Below are positions 36,872 to 46,271 of a stretch of 64,000 bases of DNA, one piece after another (within the stretch, counting starts at the first letter, position 1; each line of letters begins with the position of its first letter). The DNA lies in assembly GCA_965226585.1 (NCBI GenBank), contig OZ245366.1:224001-288000 (forward strand), in the 5' to 3' direction. The position numbers were made by a program, and so were the translations under genes. Source of the DNA: Thermodesulfobacteriota bacterium. GTDB taxonomy: Bacteria > Desulfobacterota_D > UBA1144 > Nemesobacterales > Mycalebacteriaceae. The notes beneath the pieces were generated by a model. That model was given only the letters and a program-made list of their open reading frames with translations. It was not told the origin of the DNA and did not search any database.

Positions 36872-37476
36872 AAAAGGGCGAAATTGCGCAGTATTTCAAG
36901 CCCCGCGCTTGAGCTTCTTTCGGGGTGAAACTGGCAGGCGAACACGTTGTTTTTTTCCACCGCCGCCGTGAAATTCACTCCGTGCTCCGTCCTTGCCGCC
37001 ACTATTGAGTCGTCTTCCGGAGCGGCGTGGAAGGAGTGGGCGAAGTAGAGCCAGCTTCCGTTCTCAACACCGCCGAACATCGCGCAGTCGCGGGTTTCGA
37101 GCCGGTTCCAGCCCATGTGGGGAACTTTGATTCCGGGAGAGGAGGGAAGTTTCACCACGCGCCCTTCAAATACCGAAAGTCCCGGCTCACCCGGGCTTTC
37201 CTCGCTTTCAGAAAAAAGTATGTGCATGCCGAGGCAGATGCCAAGATAGGGCTTTCCCGATTCTATAAACTCGCGCACGGCGTCCGCCGCTCCGGTTTTT
37301 CTCATTGCCGCCGCGCAGTCGCCGAAAGCGCTCACCCCCGGAAGAACAAGCCGCTCCGCCTTCCGAATATCGCCCGGCGAAGATGTCGCGGTTGCCGGAA
37401 ATCCGAGAAATTTGAAGGCGTTGAAAACGCTTTTGAGATTTCCGCCGCCGTAGTCAAAAACGGTGATGCCGGTCAC
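36856..37476 (-). CDS. hisH: Imidazole glycerol phosphate synthase, glutaminase subunit
   Basis: DYG.GNL.SV, GICLG, PHMGWN and QFHPE.S. Confidence 0.95.
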   Translation of the reverse strand: MTGITVFDYGGGNLKSVFNAFKFLGFPATATSSPGDIRKAERLVLPGVSAFGDCAAAMRKTGAADAVREFIESGKPYLGICLGMHILFSESEESPGEPGLSVFEGRVVKLPSSPGIKVPHMGWNRLETRDCAMFGGVENGSWLYFAHSFHAAPEDDSIVAARTEHGVNFTAAVEKNNVFACQFHPERSSSAGLEILRNFALFQYGL

Positions 37477-38066
37477 AGGGCTCCCTTTGTGGAGGGAACT
37501 CCCGCGTAGCGTCCGTCAGTTGAGGTCGCGATGTCAAAAGTGCGTCCGCACGACTTGAACATCGCCTCAATGTTGTGGTGCAGATTCTCACCCGCTTCAA
37601 GCCGTATGTGGAGATTGCAACCGAGGTTGTTGGAAAATGACTTAAAGAACTCGCGCGCGAGTTCCGAATCAAAATCGCCGACTTTGGATTTGGGCAGTTC
37701 CGCGTCAAACACAAGGCAGGGACGTCCGCTGATGTCAACGGCGGAAAAAACAAGCGTGTCTTCAAAAGGCACGTAAGAGTGCGCAAAGCGGACTATCTGC
37801 TCTTTTTCCCCGAGCGCGTCTTTGAACGCGTTTCCGAGCACAATTCCCACATCCTCAACCGTGTGGTGAAAATCAACCTCGGTGTCGCCTATCGCCTTTA
37901 TTTTTATATCAAAACAGCCGTGCCGGGCAAACTGGCAGAGCATGTGGTCAAAAAACGGTATTCCGGTCTGAATGTCAAAAACGCCGGAGCCGTCAACATT
38001 AAGGTCAACGCTGACCTTTACTTCGTTTGTCTTCCTTTCAACAGATGCCTTTCTTTCAGCCGCCAT
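37473..38066 (-). CDS. hisB: Imidazoleglycerol-phosphate dehydratase
   Basis: FFDHML, DFHHTVEDVG, NLHH.IEA.FK and PSTKG.L. Confidence 0.96.
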   Translation of the reverse strand: MAAERKASVERKTNEVKVSVDLNVDGSGVFDIQTGIPFFDHMLCQFARHGCFDIKIKAIGDTEVDFHHTVEDVGIVLGNAFKDALGEKEQIVRFAHSYVPFEDTLVFSAVDISGRPCLVFDAELPKSKVGDFDSELAREFFKSFSNNLGCNLHIRLEAGENLHHNIEAMFKSCGRTFDIATSTDGRYAGVPSTKGAL

Positions 38067-38082
38067 AGCAAGGGCAAGACTA

Positions 38083-38775
38083 TCACAACAAGCCGTTTTC
38101 AACAAAACTGAAATGGTCGTGAGACGACACGATGATGTGGTCTACAAGGCGGATGTCGAGGGATTTGCATATGCGCGCCAGTTCGGCGGTTATGTCTTTG
38201 TCACTGCCGGACGGCTCGGTGTGTCCGCTCGGGTGGTTGTGAACAACGATGATGCCGGAGCATTTTCTAACATCAATCGCCTTTTTCACCACGTCTCTGA
38301 TATTCACGTTCACACTCGCGACAGAACCCTTGGAAACAACTTCGTGTTCAAGAAACTGATTCTTCGTATTGACGAAAATGAGAGCCATAAACTCTTCCGA
38401 CTCCCTTCCTATTCTCGCTTTCGCGAAATTGATTACGGAGACCGGAGAGGTGAGGTAGTCCTTCTTTTCTATTTTGGTTTCCTTGTAGCGCCAGTTCATC
38501 TCGCGCACAAGCTTTACGAGCGCGGAGGTCATGCGGCCAACGCCGTTCACCTTTTCCAGCTCATCTGCGGAAGCATCCATAATGGCTGAGAGAGAACCGA
38601 ATTTTTTGAGCAATTCCTTTGCCAGAGGTTTCACGTCCGCACGGGAGACGGAATAGGTGAGAAGAAGCTCAAGGGCTTCGTAATCTTCAAACTTTCCCAT
38701 ACCCTCTCTGAGAAACTTGCTTCTCAGGCGTTCCCTGTGTCCGGCGTAGTGCGGAGAGTCTTTGTCTTCGCTCAT
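38083..38775 (-). CDS. radC: RadC family JAB-domain protein
   Basis: GHRERLR..F, HNHPSG...PS..D and DHII. Confidence 0.92.
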   Translation of the reverse strand: MSEDKDSPHYAGHRERLRSKFLREGMGKFEDYEALELLLTYSVSRADVKPLAKELLKKFGSLSAIMDASADELEKVNGVGRMTSALVKLVREMNWRYKETKIEKKDYLTSPVSVINFAKARIGRESEEFMALIFVNTKNQFLEHEVVSKGSVASVNVNIRDVVKKAIDVRKCSGIIVVHNHPSGHTEPSGSDKDITAELARICKSLDIRLVDHIIVSSHDHFSFVENGLL

Positions 38776-38835
38776 GGGCGGTTATTTTAAACAAGCTGTG
38801 TGGAAAAAAAACCATTTTTCAGTAGCATTTGAGAA

Positions 38836-39495
38836 ATGAGAGCGGTTCTTATTCCCGTAAAAAGATTTTCGCGCGCTAACGAAAGGCTTCGTGAAGTTCT
38901 CTCGCCGTCTGCGCGCGAGGGGCTTGCGCGTGTGATGCTGGGCGATGTGCTTTCAAATATACGGCTGTGCGGAAAAGCCGATGCCCTGTTTGTGGTAACG
39001 GCTGAGCCCGAAGCCATGGAAACCGGGCGCGCCATGGGAATGGAGATAATCGCCGAAGAGACGCAGGAGGGCGAAAGTTCATCCGTCTACTTCGCGATGA
39101 AAAAATGCGCGGAAATGGGCGCGCGCTCGGTGCTTGTGGTTCCGGGCGACATCCCTTGCGCGCCGCCGGGAGAGTTTGACGCCGTGATGGAAAAAGATGA
39201 CGGCGAAAAAAGGATAGTGATAGTGCCCTCGCGTGACGGAACGGGAACAAACGCCCTTATGATGAATCCCTGCGGCGTTATGAAGCCCAGTTTCGGCAAC
39301 AACAGTTTTCCCCGCCACAAAGAGATGGCGAGGGCGGCTGGCATCGCGTTTTCCTCTCTCACGCTCAGCGGTATCGGGCTGGACATAGACGGTCCCGAAG
39401 ACCTGGAAATTTTTATGAGAGCCGGGGCGGGAACGGAAACCCACAACTACCTGCGAAATCTCGGCGTTGAGACAAAAACGGGGAAAACAGCTTAA
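38836..39495 (+). CDS. cofC: 2-phospho-L-lactate / PEP guanylyltransferase (F420 biosynthesis)
   Basis: PVK......RL..VLS, GDIP, DGTGTNAL, FG..SF.RH and LDID.PEDL. Confidence 0.85.
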   Translation: MRAVLIPVKRFSRANERLREVLSPSAREGLARVMLGDVLSNIRLCGKADALFVVTAEPEAMETGRAMGMEIIAEETQEGESSSVYFAMKKCAEMGARSVLVVPGDIPCAPPGEFDAVMEKDDGEKRIVIVPSRDGTGTNALMMNPCGVMKPSFGNNSFPRHKEMARAAGIAFSSLTLSGIGLDIDGPEDLEIFMRAGAGTETHNYLRNLGVETKTGKTA

Positions 39496-40379
39496 TGGGG
39501 CTTGAGCTCAACTTTCTCGGTCTCAGCGCGAGCGAGTCGGATTTTGATTCCGCAAAAACGGTAATCGTTCCCGTTCCGTATGAGAGAACCGTCTCTTTTC
39601 GCGGCGGCTGTTCCGCGGGGCCTCTCGCGATTATGGAGGCGTCCCGCTCTATTGAACTTTATGACGATGAGCTTGAGTGCTCCCCTTCCGAATCCGGCAT
39701 ACACACGCTTTGCGAGGTTGAGTGCGACATACCGCCGGAAAGCATGGCGGAGCGGGTGAAAGCCGAATGCCTGCCCTCTGCGGAACGGGGCAAGTTTGTT
39801 GTAACGGTCGGGGGCGAGCACTCGGTAACGGCGGGCGCGTTTTCCGCGCAGAGGGAGATTCATCCTGACCTCAGTGTTGTGTCAATTGACGCGCATTGCG
39901 ATTTGAGGGACACATATCAGGGCTCAAAACTCAGCCACGCCTGCGTTATGCGAAGAGTGGCGGAGACGGGCGCGACCGTGGTTGAGGCGGGGGTCAGAAG
40001 CATGAGTTCAGAGGAGGCGGAGTTTTTGCGCGAAAACCCGGCAGTCTCCGTTTTCAGGGCGGCGGACATAACCGGCAAAGATCCCGTGAGCTGGAGCGCG
40101 GAGATAGTTGAAAAACTTGGAGAGAAGGTTTATCTGAGCATTGACCTTGACGGGCTTGACCCTTCAATCATGCCTTCGGTTGGAACCCCTGAGCCGGGCG
40201 GTTTGGCATGGACGGAGGTTACGGCTCTTATGCGCGCGCTTTTCTCACGGCGCGAAGTGGTGGCAATGGATGTTGTGGAGCTTTCCCCCGTGCCGGGAAT
40301 GTGCGCCCCGGACGTGACGGCGGCAAAACTTATCTACAAAGCGGTCGGGTACAAGTTCGCCCGGCTTGTGAAATCTTGA
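39495..40379 (+). CDS. speB: Agmatinase
   Basis: GGEHSVT, DAHCDLR and SIDLDGLDPS..P.VGTPEPGG. Confidence 0.92.
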   Translation: MGLELNFLGLSASESDFDSAKTVIVPVPYERTVSFRGGCSAGPLAIMEASRSIELYDDELECSPSESGIHTLCEVECDIPPESMAERVKAECLPSAERGKFVVTVGGEHSVTAGAFSAQREIHPDLSVVSIDAHCDLRDTYQGSKLSHACVMRRVAETGATVVEAGVRSMSSEEAEFLRENPAVSVFRAADITGKDPVSWSAEIVEKLGEKVYLSIDLDGLDPSIMPSVGTPEPGGLAWTEVTALMRALFSRREVVAMDVVELSPVPGMCAPDVTAAKLIYKAVGYKFARLVKS

Positions 40380-40429
40380 TATAAACCCGCCGGGTGTGGT
40401 AAAATCGCCTTTCCGGCGCGGGAAAAGAA

Positions 40430-40501
40430 GGCGGCGTAGCTCAGAGGTAGAGCGGGGCTCTCATAAGGCCCATGTCGGAGGTTCGAGTCCTCCCGTCGCC
40501 A
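40430..40501 (+). tRNA. tRNA with CAT anticodon, most likely elongator tRNA-Met; CCA not encoded
   Basis: GGCGGCG...GGGCT-CTCATAA-GGCCC...GGTTCGAGTCC...CGTCGCCA. G1-C72 is paired, so it is not the initiator. Confidence 0.9.
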
Positions 40502-40526
40502 GAAAACAGCATCCGGAAAAATTTCC

Positions 40527-40928
40527 CTAATCCTTTTTTTTGAAGTCCAGAGACGCGGAATTTATGCAGTATCTCATGCCCGTTGTCTCGCCGGGCCCGT
40601 CAGGGAAAACGTGTCCGAGGTGGGCGTCGCATTTCGAGCACATAACCTCTGTTCTGCTCATGCCGAGAGATTCGTCCTGTTCCGCTTTGACGCTTTCTTT
40701 TTCCACCGGTTTGTCAAAACTGGGCCATCCGGTTCCGGAATTGAACTTCGCGTCTGAACTGAATAGCGGCTGTCCGCAACAGACGCAAGTGTAGTCGCCT
40801 TTTTCCTTGTGGTCGTTGAACTTTCCCGTGAACGGCTTTTCGGTTCCTTTCTTCCGGGTTACGGCAAACTGCTCGCCGGTCAATTGCTCTTTCCACTCGT
40901 CTTCGGTCTTTTTCATTTTTTCCGTCAT
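40527..40928 (-). CDS. msrB: Methionine-R-sulfoxide reductase
   Basis: GTEKPF, GWPSF, HLGHVF.DGP and RYCINS. Confidence 0.96.
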   Translation of the reverse strand: MTEKMKKTEDEWKEQLTGEQFAVTRKKGTEKPFTGKFNDHKEKGDYTCVCCGQPLFSSDAKFNSGTGWPSFDKPVEKESVKAEQDESLGMSRTEVMCSKCDAHLGHVFPDGPGETTGMRYCINSASLDFKKKD

Positions 40929-40976
40929 GGCACAGGGTAACCGCCCGCTCTGGGGCATCAAAGTCAGTCGTGCTGC

Positions 40977-41810
40977 TCAAGGGAACTTCGCTTTCGCCGC
41001 GCGTCCGCGCTCAAGTATTTTCACAAGAGCATCGCGGTCGCCCGCTCTGACAGCTGAGGCGGTCTCCTCAACGGCACGAGAAAAAACCTCAATCGCCTCC
41101 AGCACCGGCTCTGAGTTTTCAAGCAGTATGCCCGCCCACAGCGCGGGGTCGCTCATGGCTATCCGTGTTGTGTCTTTAAGTCCGCCGCCTGAGAGCGGAA
41201 AACCGCCGCCCTTGCCCCCGGACGCGGCGGCGGCGGCAAGTGAGTAGGCGCACACGTGCGGAAGATGGCTTATGAAAGCAAACAGCCGGTCGTGTTCTTC
41301 TGAGTCCATTCTGACGGTAACGGCTCCGGTCTTTTCCCACATCCGCTCAACCGTGCGGACGGCGTCTTGCGCTCCGCCCGTTATCACAACCGGTTTTCCC
41401 TTGTATATACCTTTTTTGAAACTGCGCGCCCCGTGCTTTTCATCGCCCGCCACGGGATGAGCCGGAACAAACTCCGCGCCGGGGGGAAGGGCTTTTTGTA
41501 CGCTTTTTATAACCGGAGATTTGACGCTTCCCACATCGGTTACGACAACCCCCTCGCGGGAAACGGAGAAAAATGCCTCCACAGCGGAGCCCATCCGTTC
41601 AACCGGAACGGCAAGCACGCATATTCCGGCGGCGGAGGGAACAAGGGCGGCATCGGTAAAACCCTCATCCACTATCCCTTGAGAAACGCAGTAGTCCACC
41701 GCGGCGGGGTCGCTGTCAACACCCGTGAGTGTTGCCGCAAAACCCGCCTCTTTAAGATCCGCGCACAAAGACGCGCCCATCTTGCCAAGCCCTATGACCG
41801 TTACATTCAC
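40977..41810 (-). CDS. tyrA: Prephenate / arogenate dehydrogenase
   Basis: GLGKMGAS, DVGSVK, HP.AG, HD.....SHLPH and DTTRIA. Confidence 0.9.
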   Translation of the reverse strand: MNVTVIGLGKMGASLCADLKEAGFAATLTGVDSDPAAVDYCVSQGIVDEGFTDAALVPSAAGICVLAVPVERMGSAVEAFFSVSREGVVVTDVGSVKSPVIKSVQKALPPGAEFVPAHPVAGDEKHGARSFKKGIYKGKPVVITGGAQDAVRTVERMWEKTGAVTVRMDSEEHDRLFAFISHLPHVCAYSLAAAAASGGKGGGFPLSGGGLKDTTRIAMSDPALWAGILLENSEPVLEAIEVFSRAVEETASAVRAGDRDALVKILERGRAAKAKFP

Positions 41811-42892
41811 CTGTTCATCACCTTGCCGAGGGCTTTGATAAACGCCGTGTTTTGCCTGCGGTTTCCGACCGTAACCCTTATGTGCGAGGCAAGCCCGTAG
41901 ACGGCGGCGGGGCGAACGATAACTCCTTCGCGAAGGAGTTGTTCGTACACCTTTGCCGAATCTCCAACATCAGCGAGAACAAAATTCGCCTTTGAATCGG
42001 TTCGCGCAACGCCCATGGAGTCGAGACGGGAGGAGAGGAATTCCAGCCCTTCAAGGTTCGCCTTGCGGGATTTTGCGCAGTGGCTTTCGTCATCCAGAGC
42101 GGCGGCGGCGGCGGTCTGCGAGAGAGAGTTGACGTTGAACGGCTGTTTGGCGCGGTTCAAAAGAGCGGCGGTTTCTTCGGATGAGACCGCGTATCCGATT
42201 CTTGCTCCGGCAAGCCCGTATATTTTTGAAAAAGTTCTCACCGTCACAATGTTTTCCCTCGCGAATTGAAACTTGAGAGAATCGGGGTAGTCGCGGTCGT
42301 CCACGTATTCAAAATACGCCTCGTCCACAACCACAAGAACGGACGGGGGAATTTCCGCGAGAAAGTTCTCAAACTCGCCTTCTGAGAACACCGTTCCGGT
42401 GGGGTTGTCGGGATTTGCGAGAAACACAACCTTTGTGCGCGGCGTTACGCGGGCGGCAATATCATCAAGGTCGTGGCGGAGATGCGGCATGGGAGACGCA
42501 ACCCCTTTCGCCCCCGCACCGGCGGTTACAATGGGATAAACGACAAAACTGTTCGCGCCGTATATCGCCTCATCTCCGGGGCCCAGAAACACCTTCGCTA
42601 TCAGTTCAAGAACTTCGTTTGAGCCGTTTCCTATCGCAAGGCGGGACGGGGTAACGCCGAGTTTTGAGCAAAGCCGCTCTTTGAGGGCACGGCAGTCGCC
42701 GTCCGGGTAGAGGTTTGTCTCTTTCAAAAATCCCCTGAGCGCTTTTACCGCTAGAGGGGAGGGACCGAACGGGTTTTCGTTTGACGCCATCTTGACCGTT
42801 CCGGTTATGCCGGTTTCCGTCTCAATCTGCGCGGGGGTTTTTCCCGGCACGTAGACGGGAAGGCTCATTATGTTTTCTTTCGGGCGTATCAT
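41807..42892 (-). CDS. hisC: Histidinol-phosphate aminotransferase
   Basis: SNENP, GNGSNE, NP.NPTG and RTFSKIYGLAG.RIGY. Confidence 0.93.
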   Translation of the reverse strand: MIRPKENIMSLPVYVPGKTPAQIETETGITGTVKMASNENPFGPSPLAVKALRGFLKETNLYPDGDCRALKERLCSKLGVTPSRLAIGNGSNEVLELIAKVFLGPGDEAIYGANSFVVYPIVTAGAGAKGVASPMPHLRHDLDDIAARVTPRTKVVFLANPDNPTGTVFSEGEFENFLAEIPPSVLVVVDEAYFEYVDDRDYPDSLKFQFARENIVTVRTFSKIYGLAGARIGYAVSSEETAALLNRAKQPFNVNSLSQTAAAAALDDESHCAKSRKANLEGLEFLSSRLDSMGVARTDSKANFVLADVGDSAKVYEQLLREGVIVRPAAVYGLASHIRVTVGNRRQNTAFIKALGKVMNR

Positions 42893-44013
42893 GGGGAGAT
42901 TTTTTTGCCGCCCGAAAAGTAGCATCCAAGCACCTTAAAAGATGAGCTTCTTGCCTCAATCTTCTCTATCAGCCTGTCTGTCTCCTTCTGCCCCGGCGCG
43001 CCTTCAAAATCAACAAAAAACATATATTCCCACGCCTTCTTCCCCGAAGGGCGGGACTCTATCCTCGTGAGATTCACACCGGCGGACGCAAGAGGGGAAA
43101 AAAGAGTTTTGTGAAGCGCGCCCGGTTTGTCATGAATTGTGAACGCGACTGAAACCTTGTTTCCCTCCCCCGTGCTGACCGAAGAGCCGCTCTGCCTTTC
43201 CACAGTTACAAAGCGGGTGGAGTTGAGAGGGTTGTCCTCTATGTTTTTCCGCGCAATGTTGAGTTTGTATATGTCTGCGGCATACGCGCTTGAGATTGCC
43301 GCCACCCCTGCGTTTTTTGCCGCCTCTGCGGCGGCGGCGGCGGTGCTTGAAACCTCAACCGTTTTCACGCCGGGAAGGTTGGCGGAGAGCCAGTTTCTGC
43401 ACTGCCCAAGCGCTTGAGGGTGTGAAACGACTTTTTTAATATTTTTCTCTGAAGCGGTTTTTGAAAGAAGGAAGTGGTTTATCTTTTCAAAACGCTCGCC
43501 CGTTATCTGAAACTCGCCCTCGTATATCATCTCAAGAACATTGCCGACCGGGCCCTCGGTGGAGTTCTCTATCGGCACAACGCCTTTTGAAACTGAACCC
43601 GTGAGGACGCTGTCAAAAACTTCCTCAATGGTTTTATGCGGAAAAAGGCTCGCCCCGGCACAAAAGATATTTGCCGCCGCCTGATGGGAAAAACTGCCTT
43701 CGGGACCCAGATACGACACTTTTCCTTCCGCCTGCAAAACCCTGCACGACCTGATTATTTCTCTGAAAATGGAAACCGCGCTCTCGCCCGAAAGAGGCCC
43801 ATTGTTAAGACGCGCTATCTTGGTCTCAACCTGTTTCTCTCTTTCCGGGTCGTAAACGCTTCTTAGAATTCTCTTCTTCTCCTCGGCAATTTTTCCCGCG
43901 ACTGAAGCGCGCTTGTTTATGTGCCTGAGGATGTTCCTGTCTATGGAGTCTATTTCGGCTCTAAGTCTGGAGAGTGTGTTTGAGCCGGTCTTTTTTATGC
44001 TTTTTTTGGGCAT
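42889..44013 (-). CDS. pheA: Chorismate mutase / prephenate dehydratase
   Basis: LR..ID.ID, LGPEGSFS, PIENS, SHPQALGQC and IESRPS. Confidence 0.93.
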   Translation of the reverse strand: MPKKSIKKTGSNTLSRLRAEIDSIDRNILRHINKRASVAGKIAEEKKRILRSVYDPEREKQVETKIARLNNGPLSGESAVSIFREIIRSCRVLQAEGKVSYLGPEGSFSHQAAANIFCAGASLFPHKTIEEVFDSVLTGSVSKGVVPIENSTEGPVGNVLEMIYEGEFQITGERFEKINHFLLSKTASEKNIKKVVSHPQALGQCRNWLSANLPGVKTVEVSSTAAAAAEAAKNAGVAAISSAYAADIYKLNIARKNIEDNPLNSTRFVTVERQSGSSVSTGEGNKVSVAFTIHDKPGALHKTLFSPLASAGVNLTRIESRPSGKKAWEYMFFVDFEGAPGQKETDRLIEKIEARSSSFKVLGCYFSGGKKISP

Positions 44014-44073
44014 TGTTTGACAGAGAAAACTCGCGTCCGGAGTTTTCTCTTATAAATAAGCGGTTTTGTAAAG

Positions 44074-44844
44074 TCAAATGGGAGTTCTGAAAACTGTGAG
44101 CGCAGACACCTCCCTCGCGCCCGCAGAAAGGAGAGCTTTTGAGCACTCATCCACCGTGGCTCCGGTGGTGAATATGTCGTCAAACACAAGCACCCTCGCG
44201 CCTTTTATGACGTTTTTTGCCCCTTCCGCCACTTTGAAAGCTCCGCGAACATTTCTCTTCCTGTCGTTTTTTCTCTGAAACGATGCCTGCGGAACGGTGT
44301 CTTTCACCCTTTCAATCACAAAAGGCATGTGCTCTTTGCCAAGTTTCGCTGATACTGCCGAAGAGACAACCGCCGACTGGTTGAATTCTCTCTCTTTAAG
44401 CCGTTTCGGATGAAGGGGAATTGGAACCACACAGTCAAACTCTCCCAGTTGAGCGGGAAAAGAGGTGAGCACAATGTCCGCGAAAAACTTTCCAAGCGAG
44501 AAATCCCCGCCGTATTTGAACCGCTTTGCCGCGCTTGCCCCGGAGCCGGAAAAAAGAACAACAGACCTTGCCGAGGAAAAAAACCTGTCTGTGGAAACAC
44601 ACGCCCCGCAAACTGCTCCCGCTCCTCCCTCGCCCTGAGCGAGAATATTTCCGCAGAGAGAACAGATGTCTTTTTCGGGAAGGAAGAGAAAACCTTTTTC
44701 GCAGGGCGGGCAGAGGTTTTTTCCCAAAACCGGATTTTCAGAGCGGCCGCCCGCAGGGTTGCCAATATACGCCGCGCACACCGCGCACTTTGAAGGGAAA
44801 AGACCGGAGAGAAAAAATTCGGCTGTTTGTGCCGCAAATCCCAT
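44074..44844 (-). CDS. comF: ComF family phosphoribosyltransferase-like competence protein
   Basis: N-terminal Cys pairs, P.PLH..R..ER.FNQ and DD.FTTGAT. Confidence 0.88.
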   Translation of the reverse strand: MGFAAQTAEFFLSGLFPSKCAVCAAYIGNPAGGRSENPVLGKNLCPPCEKGFLFLPEKDICSLCGNILAQGEGGAGAVCGACVSTDRFFSSARSVVLFSGSGASAAKRFKYGGDFSLGKFFADIVLTSFPAQLGEFDCVVPIPLHPKRLKEREFNQSAVVSSAVSAKLGKEHMPFVIERVKDTVPQASFQRKNDRKRNVRGAFKVAEGAKNVIKGARVLVFDDIFTTGATVDECSKALLSAGAREVSALTVFRTPI

Positions 44845-44853
44845 AAGGAGTTT

Positions 44854-45972
44854 TCAGGAGACAACCGGCATCAGTATGCAGACAACATCGTCAGAGCCTT
44901 CAAGCGACAAAATGGCGGGAGAGTTCCCGTCTCCGGGGCGGAACTCCACGCTGTTGCCGTCAAGAAGGGTGAGAGAGTCAACCACAAAACCGGGGTTTAA
45001 AGATGTGTTCGTTTCAGTTCCTGAGAACTTTGCGGGAATGGTTTCAAGGCCCTCGCCTATCTCCGTCTCTCCGCTGTTAAAAGAAACAGTTTCAGCGGAG
45101 ACTTTGATGTCAACCTTTTTGGGATCCTCACAAAAAACACTGACTCTTCTCACCGCGCCAAGCATAACGTTTTTGTCTACAACGGCGGGAGAGATGGATT
45201 TGATGTCCGGCACAACTCTGCCGTATTCGGGAAACGGTGAGTCAACGGGGCTTGATATGACGGTTGTATCACCTAAGGTGAAAAACACTTTTTCAGAATC
45301 AAAACTGAAAGCCGCTTCTCCGCTTTCTTTTTCAGAGTTCCTGAGAATTTTGGCTATTTCTCCCGCCGCCTTGCGGGGAAGAACAACACTCTCAAACTCT
45401 CCGGGCAGGTCAACCTTCTTCTGGAAGTAGGCAAGGCGGTGGCTGTCTGTCGCCACAAGCCGCAGCATACCGTCAACCCTCTCAAACAGAACCCCGTTTA
45501 TGTTCCGCCTTATCATGTCGTCAGATGAGAAATTCAAAACGGCGGGAAGCACGTTTGAGATGGTTTCGGGAGGAAGGGAAAAACCTGTTTTTCCGGATAT
45601 TGGTGGGATTGTGGGAAAATCTTTTCCGGGAAAGGTGGGAAGTTTGAACTGCGCCGAGCGGGTTGTTATCTCAATCCAGTTGTTTTTTTGAATTTTGAGG
45701 AGTATTTCCTCGTCGTCTATGTTCCTCACAACCTCAAGAAGCCTCTGGGCGGGAGCGAGAAAATCGAAGTCGGCCGCCGGGGCGTCATCGGGTTTGAAGC
45801 TGGTTATGATTGTTGACTCAAGGTCGGTCGCGGCAACAACGCACTCTTTTCTTTTTTTGGATCCTCTCAAGAGAACATTTCTGACAACCTCGCTCGGGGA
45901 GCGCGCTTCGGTCAGTCCTGACACAAGAGAGATTTTTTCGAGAAGGGGCTGTCTTTTAAATTTTACGTCCAA
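44854..45972 (-). CDS. dnaN: DNA polymerase III beta clamp
   Basis: ATDLE, VATDSHRL, FP.Y.RV.P and C-terminal LMP. Downstream of dnaA. Confidence 0.93.
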   Translation of the reverse strand: MDVKFKRQPLLEKISLVSGLTEARSPSEVVRNVLLRGSKKRKECVVAATDLESTIITSFKPDDAPAADFDFLAPAQRLLEVVRNIDDEEILLKIQKNNWIEITTRSAQFKLPTFPGKDFPTIPPISGKTGFSLPPETISNVLPAVLNFSSDDMIRRNINGVLFERVDGMLRLVATDSHRLAYFQKKVDLPGEFESVVLPRKAAGEIAKILRNSEKESGEAAFSFDSEKVFFTLGDTTVISSPVDSPFPEYGRVVPDIKSISPAVVDKNVMLGAVRRVSVFCEDPKKVDIKVSAETVSFNSGETEIGEGLETIPAKFSGTETNTSLNPGFVVDSLTLLDGNSVEFRPGDGNSPAILSLEGSDDVVCILMPVVS

Positions 45973-46271
45973 TGTTTTCCACCTTGTTTGAGAGATTCTA
46001 CTACTACTGTATTTATATTATTATCTTATATAAAAATTAGTAGTAGTAGTAGGGGTTGTGGATTTGTTGAAAAAGTTTTCTTTTTCTCTGTCCCGCCTTT
46101 TCCTCTCAACCTCCCCGGGAGTTTTTCCCTTGTTGATTTCACTGTTGATTCTTTTCCACAAATGTGGAGAAAAAACCTTCCCGTGAATGTTTTCCACAAA
46201 CTTTTCCACTTTTCCACAAAAAACAGAGACTTTTCCACATTGGTTTTGTTCAAAACTTTGCATTTTGGGGA
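45973..46271. other. Chromosomal replication origin oriC
   Basis: dnaA-dnaN intergenic region. TTTTCCACA boxes at 46152, 46190, 46210 and 46231 plus variants. (TAG)5 DnaA-trios at 46038-46052 next to a box, and an AT-rich core at 46009-46037. Confidence 0.9.

Noticed and set aside
38083..38775. radC as a marker of a mobile element
   Set aside because: It is a full-length chromosomal-type RadC upstream of hisB-hisH, with no mobility genes nearby.
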